The notes under the pieces were generated by a model that worked only from the letters and a program-made list of their open reading frames with translations, did no database searches and had not been told where the DNA came from. Positions 38,846 to 45,699 of a stretch of 64,000 nucleotides of DNA are shown in pieces. Where the stretch lies: NCBI GenBank assembly GCA_964106645.2, contig OZ067043.1, one strand, 5' to 3'. Position numbers and translations under genes: made by a program. Positions within the stretch are counted from its first letter, which is position 1; the number at the start of each line of letters is the position of its first letter. This DNA comes from Podarcis pityusensis. Its lineage: Eukaryota.

Positions 38846-41800
38846 TCCACCTCCCCTCCAGGGCCCCCTTCATCCCCTCTCGCCCCCTCCTCTACGGGCG
38901 GTGAGGAGGCAAAACCCCGGAATGAACTTCCTTCATCTTCCGATGTCCCGAACACTTCTCTCCACCTGTTGCGGTTCCTGGTCTCGAAGTACTCCTCCTC
39001 CTCAGAGTCCATCTCCCCTTCCCCTTCCGAGTCCGAGAATCCTTCCAACTCCTCCTCCTCATCGGTGGTCCCAAAGTATTCCCTCCGGAACCTCTCCACA
39101 GGCTGAGGTTTCCTTGGGAACCTTTGATGGAACGTTTCTATCAATACCTCGTCATTGATATCTTCTGCCATTACCCAAGTGTTTTCTGACTCCGGTTCTC
39201 CTTCCCACGCTACCAAATACTCCACCTGATCCCCCTTCCACCTGGCGTCGAGGATTTCTGCCACATGGCTGCTGCATTCCCTTTCTTCTATGACCGGTCC
39301 CCGAGTGGCCATCCCTTCTCGTCCCCCCTCATACGGTGACAGTAACGACCTGTGAAATACTGGGTGCAGTTTCATGTGGTTGGGTAACCGGAGCCTGAAA
39401 GCCACTGGGTTGACCTGTTGAATGACCTCAAAGGGACCCAATCTCCTGGGTCTTAATTTCTTACAACCTCCTTTGAACGGCAACCCTTGGGTTGACAGCC
39501 ACACCCTATCTCCCACCCTTATGGTTTCACCTTCCCTTCGGTTCTTGTCTGCCTGCCTCTTGTATTCTTCCTTCGCCCTTTCTAAGTTGAGTTGGAGCTG
39601 ACGATGGATTGCTTCCATTTCTTCTACAAAATGCTCGGCTGCCGGGACGCTCCATCTCTCCCCTTCTCCCCCTGGGAAACCCCTGGGATGACACCCATAA
39701 TTAGCCAAGAAGGGGCTCATCCCTGTGGACACATTCTCGGCATTGTTGTAGGCAAATTCCGCCAGCGCCAACTTTTCTACCCAGTCATTCTCTCTGTCAT
39801 TGACATAACACCTCAGGTATTGCTGGAGGACACCGTTTGCTCTTTCCGCCTGCCCGTTGGTTTCAGGGTGCCGGGCAGTCGAAAAGTTGACCTCCACCTG
39901 CAGTAAGCTCATGAGCTTCCTCCAGAACCTGGAAGTAAATTGTTTTCCTCGGTCTGAGACCACCCTCAATGGCACCCCGTGCAACCTAAAAATGTGTTCT
40001 ACAAATAACTTCGCTGTCTCTTCCGCCGTGACTGCATGCGAGCAGGCTACAAAGTGGCACATCTTTGTTAGTAGGTCTACCACCACCATGATGGCTGTTT
40101 TCCCCTTGGACTTCGGCAGATCAGTCATAAAATCTATCGACACTGCCTCCCAAGGTCGTTCTGGGGTTGGTAAGGGTTCTAATAGCCCCGCCGGTGCCCG
40201 CCTCTCCCCTTTGGCTCGCTGGCATTGCTCACACCCTCTTACATACTCCCGTACATCTTCCCTCACCTTAGGCCACCAAAATTCCCTGGTGACCAACCAC
40301 ATGGTTTTGTGTTGTCCAAAATGCCCCGCCGTGGGGCTGTCGTGCAACTGCTTGAGTACCCTCCCCCTTAAGTCTCCTTCAGGGATATACAGTGCCCCTT
40401 TGTAATACAAAGCTCCATTTCTTTCCTCGAAACCCCCTGGTTCCTCTCCCTCACCCCTAAGACCTCTGAGCTTATTCTGGGCGTATTCATCATTCTCTGT
40501 TTCCTCTACCAGTTCTCTTTGTCCCACCAATGCCGCCCCACACACCCAGCGGTCCTCTGGAATGACATGTCTCTCTTCGGGTGCTCCCTCCCCCTCCAAA
40601 TATTCAGGTTTGCGTGAGAGAGCGTCCGCCCTAATGTTCTCTGGGCCTGGCACGTAACAAATCTCAAAGTTAAATTTGGAGAACTCCTGGGCCCATCTCA
40701 CTTGCCGTTGGTTGAGCACTCGTGCCGTCCTCCAATACTCTAGGTTCTTGTGGTCAGTGCACACTTGCACCTTATGTTGTGCGCCAATTAGCAGGTGCCT
40801 CCATCTCCGGAACGCCTCATGAATGGCTAGTAGTTCTCGGTCATACACCGTGTAGTTCCTCTCGGATTTGTTCAGCTTTCGCGAAAAAAAGGCACACGGT
40901 CTCCACTCTGACTCCTCCTTCCCTGGCTGCAGAAGCACCGCCCCAATCGCTCTGTCTGATGCGTCAGTTTCCACTCTCATCGGTTTTTGTAAATCCACAT
41001 GCAGGAGTTGTTGTTCCGAGGCGAAGGCCCTTTTTAGTTCCTCAAATGCTCGCTCCGCCTCCTCAGTCCAAACGAACTTCTTCTTACTGCTGAGACAGTC
41101 CGTAATGGGCGCCGTCAGGTGGGCAAAGTTTCGGATGAACTTACGATAGAAGTTCCCAAATCCTAGGAACCTCTGCACATCCTTCCTTGTTTTGGGTGTT
41201 TTCCATTCCAGCACCGCCTGGACCTTGCCGGGATCCATGGCCAATCCCTTGTCTGACAGGCGATACCCCAGGAATTCCACCTCCTTGGTATGAAACTGAC
41301 ACTTCTCCAGTTTCACCCACAGCTGGTTGGCTTGCAGCCTGCTCAACACTTCTCTGACGTCTCTCACATGCTGCTCCTCATTCTCAGAATACACCAACAC
41401 GTCGTCTAAGAAGGCCACACAATTCTTGTAAAGCAAAGGCCCCAGGACGTGGTTCATAAACGATTGAAAGCACGCGGAGCCTCCTTGTAGGCCGAAGGGC
41501 ATAACTAAATATTCAAATGCCCCCAAAGGGGTGAACATGGTGGTTTTCCATTCATCCCCCTTCCTTATTCGTATCAGGTTGTACGCCCCCCTTAGGTCCA
41601 GTTTAGTAAAAATCTTTCCCTTCCTGACCCTTGTCAAAATGTCGTCAATCCTGGGCATAGGGAAAGCCACTGGTTCTGACACTGCATTTAAGGCCCTGAA
41701 GTCACACACAAGCCTCGGCTTGTTCGTGTTTTTTTTATCCACAAAAAACACTGGGCTGCCCCCCACCGCCCTGGACTCTCTGATGAACCCTCTCTTCAGG

Positions 41801-42633
41801 TTCTTGTCAATGAACTCTCTTAGCTCCTGCATCTCTCTGTCTGACATGGCGTACAGCTTGCCTACAGGGAGCTGTGCCCCAGGGAGTAAATTGATTTGAC
41901 AGTCAAAGGGTCTATGCGGGGGTAGTTGGTCAGCTTCCCTTTCGCTGAAGACGTCGCGGAGATCTGCGTATTGTCGTGGTACCTTCACGTTCTCCGTTAC
42001 TTCAGTCCCTGCTAGGGTGGCTTGGGCCCCTGCCAAACCCTTTCCCTCTTTGCAGTGTTCTAAGCAATGTGCTGAACCAAAAGAAACCACTCTCTGATGC
42101 CAGCCCACCAGCGGATCATGTAACGCTAGCCAGCTCATCCCCAATATAATGGGAGCTCCTCCCAAGGTGGCCACATTAAACGCTATCAGTTCTGTGTGCC
42201 TTGCCACCTTCATTATCATTGGGACGGTCTGCAAGCTGACTTCTCCTCCCAACAGCTCCCTGCCATCGATCGTGGTCACCTGCAGGGGGTTGCTTAAAGG
42301 GATCGTCTGTATCTGGTGTTCAGCTGCAAACTCTTTGCTCATGAAATTGCAGGAGCTGCCTGAGTCCAACAGCGCCTTTATCTTTAGAGGGTGTCCGTTT
42401 GGCAGCTCTAGCGCCACTTCTATCACTAGGGCGGGTTTAGGAGGTTCTGGCGTGGGCACTTTCACTGCTCTTTGGCCTGGCTGCTGTGCCCCGACGGTGG
42501 CAGCCAGGCGTTGGCTTTTACTTGCTTCGGTATTTCTTCCTCTCTTCCCTCCACAGCTCCTACCATCCCTTGCCATTCCTTCCTCTGGGGGCAGACTCTG
42601 GCAAAGTGACCTGGCTGTTGGCAGAGATAGCAT
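38542..42633 (-). CDS. pol: Pol polyprotein (protease, reverse transcriptase, RNase H, integrase, chromodomain, acidic/basic C-terminal tail), probably expressed as Gag-Pol by -1 frameshift near 42520
   Basis: Protease LLDSGSSCNF; RT LDLRGAY, MPFGL and FLDD; RNase H TDASD; integrase HDSPTAGH..CEQC zinc finger and IDF/SDRG/AER DDE; GPF motif; chromodomain YLVAW..ENTW. 1363 codons without a stop. Confidence 0.97.
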   Translation of the reverse strand: MLSLPTARSLCQSLPPEEGMARDGRSCGGKRGRNTEASKSQRLAATVGAQQPGQRAVKVPTPEPPKPALVIEVALELPNGHPLKIKALLDSGSSCNFMSKEFAAEHQIQTIPLSNPLQVTTIDGRELLGGEVSLQTVPMIMKVARHTELIAFNVATLGGAPIILGMSWLALHDPLVGWHQRVVSFGSAHCLEHCKEGKGLAGAQATLAGTEVTENVKVPRQYADLRDVFSEREADQLPPHRPFDCQINLLPGAQLPVGKLYAMSDREMQELREFIDKNLKRGFIRESRAVGGSPVFFVDKKNTNKPRLVCDFRALNAVSEPVAFPMPRIDDILTRVRKGKIFTKLDLRGAYNLIRIRKGDEWKTTMFTPLGAFEYLVMPFGLQGGSACFQSFMNHVLGPLLYKNCVAFLDDVLVYSENEEQHVRDVREVLSRLQANQLWVKLEKCQFHTKEVEFLGYRLSDKGLAMDPGKVQAVLEWKTPKTRKDVQRFLGFGNFYRKFIRNFAHLTAPITDCLSSKKKFVWTEEAERAFEELKRAFASEQQLLHVDLQKPMRVETDASDRAIGAVLLQPGKEESEWRPCAFFSRKLNKSERNYTVYDRELLAIHEAFRRWRHLLIGAQHKVQVCTDHKNLEYWRTARVLNQRQVRWAQEFSKFNFEICYVPGPENIRADALSRKPEYLEGEGAPEERHVIPEDRWVCGAALVGQRELVEETENDEYAQNKLRGLRGEGEEPGGFEERNGALYYKGALYIPEGDLRGRVLKQLHDSPTAGHFGQHKTMWLVTREFWWPKVREDVREYVRGCEQCQRAKGERRAPAGLLEPLPTPERPWEAVSIDFMTDLPKSKGKTAIMVVVDLLTKMCHFVACSHAVTAEETAKLFVEHIFRLHGVPLRVVSDRGKQFTSRFWRKLMSLLQVEVNFSTARHPETNGQAERANGVLQQYLRCYVNDRENDWVEKLALAEFAYNNAENVSTGMSPFLANYGCHPRGFPGGEGERWSVPAAEHFVEEMEAIHRQLQLNLERAKEEYKRQADKNRREGETIRVGDRVWLSTQGLPFKGGCKKLRPRRLGPFEVIQQVNPVAFRLRLPNHMKLHPVFHRSLLSPYEGGREGMATRGPVIEERECSSHVAEILDARWKGDQVEYLVAWEGEPESENTWVMAEDINDEVLIETFHQRFPRKPQPVERFRREYFGTTDEEEELEGFSDSEGEGEMDSEEEEYFETRNRNRWREVFGTSEDEGSSFRGFASSPPVEEGARGDEGGPGGEVDVRELPSEGREVKGLTQVGRDSAAEEGTSRGRGAELRESELEGWLRDTSSENSGEVSGPPVGTPTPRRKLSRRESRRRVSVKELLCWKRFRKQPLSESASD
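38846..38859 (-). promoter_or_regulatory. polypurine tract (PPT)
   Basis: Minus-strand GGAGGGGAGGTGGA directly abuts the TG of the 3' LTR. Confidence 0.85.
42454..42522 (-). promoter_or_regulatory. putative -1 ribosomal frameshift signal (slippery site plus H-type pseudoknot)
   Basis: pol is in the -1 frame relative to gag. A_GUA_AAA, a 6-nt spacer, 10-bp stem 1 GCCUGGCUGC/GCAGCCAGGC, and loop GGGCAC pairing with downstream GUGCCC. Confidence 0.7.
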
Positions 42634-43475
42634 TTCCGGGCGCCTTTTCCCTCCTTCTTTCCCCCCTCACTGGGCTTTGAAACTGCGCGCGCGCGCGCTG
42701 TTCCGATTTCCATCGGCTCTGCCGGCGGGAAAGTTGGCTCTGGAATGTCTGGAATGCGGAACTCCTTCCAACGTTCCCCCTTCCCTTCCCGCCTCTCCAA
42801 TGCTCTCGCCTCCTGGCGCGCTCCTATGGTCAGCGCTGATTTGGTCAGCTGGTCCATAGACTCCGCCCTGGGCGCCCGGGAAAGTTCGTCTTTCACAGCC
42901 GAAGAAAGCCCTTCTTCAAAGAGCATTTGAATGGGTTCCGCCGATAGATCCCACCCCAATTTATGGATCAACATGGTGAACTCAGTCCAGTACTCACGGA
43001 CAGATCGGCTCCCCTGTTTGCAAGCCATTAACTGTCTGCGGACCACTCCCTGTTCAATATCGCTGGAAAACATCAGATCCATGGCGCGAAAGAACTTCAT
43101 CGTGTCCTTTAGGACGTCACTATTCGCTGCCATCAGGGGTCTAACCCAGTCTCTCGCCCCCTTTTCAAGATGCCCAATCACGAAAGCCACTCGTGATTCC
43201 TCGTCAGGGAATTCATCAAACTGCAGATTGAGGGCATATTGCATCTCTGTCCGAAAGCCATGATAGTCTTTGGGCTCCCCCCCAAACTTCTGCACCAATC
43301 CTGGTACCTTTCTGACGAGCTGGGTGTCTTTCCCCTTTTTGTCTGCATCCTGAGCCCTCCTCTCCTCGAGCCTCGCCGTCTGCAGCGCTAGCTGGACCTC
43401 CAACACCCGGTACCTTTCTTCCAGGCTTAGACCCGCTCCAGCTCCTGCTTCTCCGGTTCCGGCTGGGTTGCTCAT
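42462..43475 (-). CDS. gag: Gag (retrotransposon capsid domain plus CCHC zinc knuckle), PEG10/sushi-like
   Basis: 337-aa ORF starting 45 nt after the 5' LTR. Contains KQGSRSVREY..EF (major homology region-like), EPMEIG and CYLCQQPGHFARVC (CX2CX4HX4C). Confidence 0.95.
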   Translation of the reverse strand: MSNPAGTGEAGAGAGLSLEERYRVLEVQLALQTARLEERRAQDADKKGKDTQLVRKVPGLVQKFGGEPKDYHGFRTEMQYALNLQFDEFPDEESRVAFVIGHLEKGARDWVRPLMAANSDVLKDTMKFFRAMDLMFSSDIEQGVVRRQLMACKQGSRSVREYWTEFTMLIHKLGWDLSAEPIQMLFEEGLSSAVKDELSRAPRAESMDQLTKSALTIGARQEARALERREGKGERWKEFRIPDIPEPTFPPAEPMEIGTARARAVSKPSEGGKKEGKGARKCYLCQQPGHFARVCPQRKEWQGMVGAVEGREEEIPKQVKANAWLPPSGHSSQAKEQ

Positions 43476-43507
43476 GATGCCTTCTCCTGCACAAGCTGCT
43501 CACGGAG

Positions 43508-43518
43508 ACTGTCGGAAT
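43508..43518 (-). promoter_or_regulatory. self-priming primer-binding site
   Basis: ATTCCGACAGT lies 2 nt after the 5' LTR and is perfectly complementary to ACTGTCGGAAT inside the LTR (43639-43649). No TGG-initiated tRNA PBS is present. Confidence 0.8.
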
Positions 43519-43520
43519 GC

Positions 43521-43928
43521 TGAGATGGGACGATGAGCTGCTTGTGTGTAAAATCCTAGTCCCTCAGAGTTTGGTCAAGTTTGCAAACCTCTGTCTGTAA
43601 CGGAGCCCCTTAAACATGGCTCCGTCAGTCGCTGGCAGATTCCGACAGTGGTTGCTTTCGGAATCGCTTCCAACATAAAAGCTCCTTAACGGAAACACGT
43701 CTTCTGGACTCTCTGCGTGACAGTTTCCGGCGAGGAGTGGGTGTCCCTACAGGAGGTCCTGAAACCTCCCCACTGTTTTCGCTGGAAGTGTCTCTGAGCC
43801 ATCCCTCCAGCTCACTTTCCCTCAGCTCAGCTCCTCTCCCCCTACTGGTTCCCTCTTCAGCTGCTGAGTCTCTCCCAACCTGTGTGAGCCCTTTCACTTC
43901 CCTTCCTTCTGATGGCAGTTCCCTGACA
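43521..43928 (-). repeat. 5' LTR
   Basis: TGTCAGGGAACTGC...CCATCTCA, 408 bp, followed by the PBS and gag. Confidence 0.97.
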
Positions 43929-45492
43929 GAAGGTAAACAGCGTTTCCGTACACTGTGGTTTCTGTCGCGGTGTCCCGTTGCACCAGAAGTGGTTTAGTCA
44001 TGTTGGCCACATGATCTGGAAAGCTATCTGCAGACAAATGCCGGCTCCCTCAGCCTAAAAGCAGAGTTGAGCACCACACCCCATAGTTGAATTCGACTGG
44101 ACTTAATCAGCCGGGGTCCTTTACCCTTAACAGCAGTAGAAAGATGGTCTTTCAATAAAATATTTGTTTTTGCATTTGGCCAGAAATGCTAAAATCAGAA
44201 TCTCTATGGTAACATAGAAATTGTTGAGACTTGTAGGTGTATTTTCCATTTACTGGGCATTATACTAGGGGCGGAGAGCAGGCAGGGGCGTGGCTGGTGC
44301 ACATCCCGGGGGTGTGGCACGTCGCCCGCGGGGGCATGGCACCTAGCGTGGTGGGGGGGCACACAGCGTGTGTCTGGGGGGGGCAGTCACGATGGTACCC
44401 TGCTCCCTGATAGTGCTGGGGGCGGTGTGCTCCCCGCGCGCGCCCCCATTCCTCTGCCAATGGGCAGCAGTGATGTATCTTTAGCAAAGATCAGAACTAC
44501 CTCATACCTGTCAACTGCTCCAGAAAAAACGGGACATCTCATTTTTTTTTCTCACAAAAGGACAGTGGTCAAAGTGGCTGCCATGATTTTGCACGATTTT
44601 GGGCTGCACTTTTTTCAGGCATGGCACCCAAAAGCACACATTTTGGGGTGCTGCCCAAGATTGCTGCCCTGAAAAAAAGCATTTTGGGGGAGCAGCGATT
44701 TTGTGTAGCACCCCAAAACATTCATTTTTGGGTGCTGTGCCAGGAAAAATTTGCTGTGATTTGTGCAGGAGGGTTGATCTGGAAGATAGTGTCCTGGATA
44801 TGGGGGTGCATTGTATTGGAAGAGCCAAACTAGAAGTTACACAGGTCAGAAACTTTGGCCTTCCAGATGTCACTGGACTACAACTCCCATCATCTCTGAT
44901 AATTGACTGTGCCAGCTGGGGCTGATGGGAATTGGGAGTCCAATAATATCAGAAGTTCCGCACCTGTCTTACACTTAACATGTGGTTGCTACCAAAAATG
45001 GCTGCTTGTCTAGATTCCCCCTCCCTTTCCCTGTCTAACAGAACCCATCTGTGCCTAGATGGTTACAATGCTGTAGTTTGCTCTGATGCTGCTCTCCAAC
45101 ATTGACTGCTACTTATACTTATTGGGTAGGGGGAGTGCCACACTGAATGTCAATGTAAACTATGAAGCCTGCTAACATAAAACAATGGCGTGGGAGAATA
45201 AAGTGTGGAACAGAAGATGGACCACAGAGGTGTGAGGAAAGACATATGCAACATAAGCTCTTCTGGTTCTACCTCTGACTTCTGTGCATTCAGCAGAACC
45301 TCTGCATAGCACCTATGTGCACATAAGCTTTATGCATCTAGACTCTCTGCATAGTCAAGGACCCTGTTTTTTCCAGGGTGTACAAGCCCATATACATGCA
45401 AGATGAATGCGTGTAGTTTCACATCAGAGGTTCTGCTGCATTGATAGAGGTCAGAGCATAGGGCCGAAGCTTAGTGGTCCAGCATATACTCT

Positions 45493-45699
45493 AGTTATAG
45501 GTAGGTAGCCTTGTTGGTCCGCCGTAGTTGAAACAAATAAAAAAATTCCTTCCAGTAGCACCTTAGAGACCAACTAAGTTTGTTATGAAAACAGAAGTGC
45601 CTGGCGTGCTCTGGTCCATGGGGTCACGAAGAGTCAGACACGACTAAACGACTAAACAACAACAACAAGTTTGTTATTGGTATGAGCTTTCGTGTGCAT
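45493..45699 (-). mobile_element. Penelope-like fragment truncated inside its hammerhead
   Basis: TSD GCATATACTCT at 45482-45492 and 45700-45710. Homologous to 28669-28822. Confidence 0.7.
45587..45666 (+). mobile_element. RTE-BovB LINE 3' tail
   Basis: GCCTGGCGTGCT..GTCCATGGGGTCACGAAGAGTCAGACACGACTAAACGACTAAAC(AAC)n. TSD AAGTTTGTTAT. Confidence 0.85.

Larger units (their letters stand above)
38438..43928 (-). mobile_element. full-length Ty3/Gypsy chromovirus LTR retrotransposon (Tf1/sushi group)
   Basis: Two 408-bp TG...CA LTRs with 1 mismatch. 5-bp TSD GAAGG at 38433-38437 and 43929-43933. Intact gag and pol in the order PR-RT-RH-IN-chromodomain. Confidence 0.98.
38398..44129 (+). mobile_element. 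5'-truncated Sauria SINE split by the Gypsy insertion
   Basis: GTAGATAA..TAGGTACC..GGGAAGG | TAAACAGCGTTTCCGT..GGTCCTTTACC joins across the LTR element. 13-bp TSD ACAGCAGTAGAAA at 38385-38397 and 44130-44142. Confidence 0.85.

Noticed and set aside
38893-38910. ASSPP resembling the Ty5 integrase targeting motif LDSSPP
   Set aside because: Short low-complexity match, and the partner protein Sir4 is yeast-specific.
38860-39114. Possible env-like gene between pol and the 3' LTR
   Set aside because: No separate ORF, signal peptide or transmembrane segment. The region is the in-frame acidic tail of integrase.
38654-43263. Multiple plus-strand ORFs (100-236 aa) antisense to gag and pol
   Set aside because: Expected shadows of long, purine-biased sense ORFs. 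They are Ser/Pro-rich with no domain features.
44266-44815. GC-rich segment and repeated GCACCCCAAAA/TTTTGGGGTGC units, superficially array-like
   Set aside because: Irregular subterminal-type repeats of a degraded DNA transposon. No regular repeat-spacer structure, and CRISPR is not plausible in a vertebrate genome.
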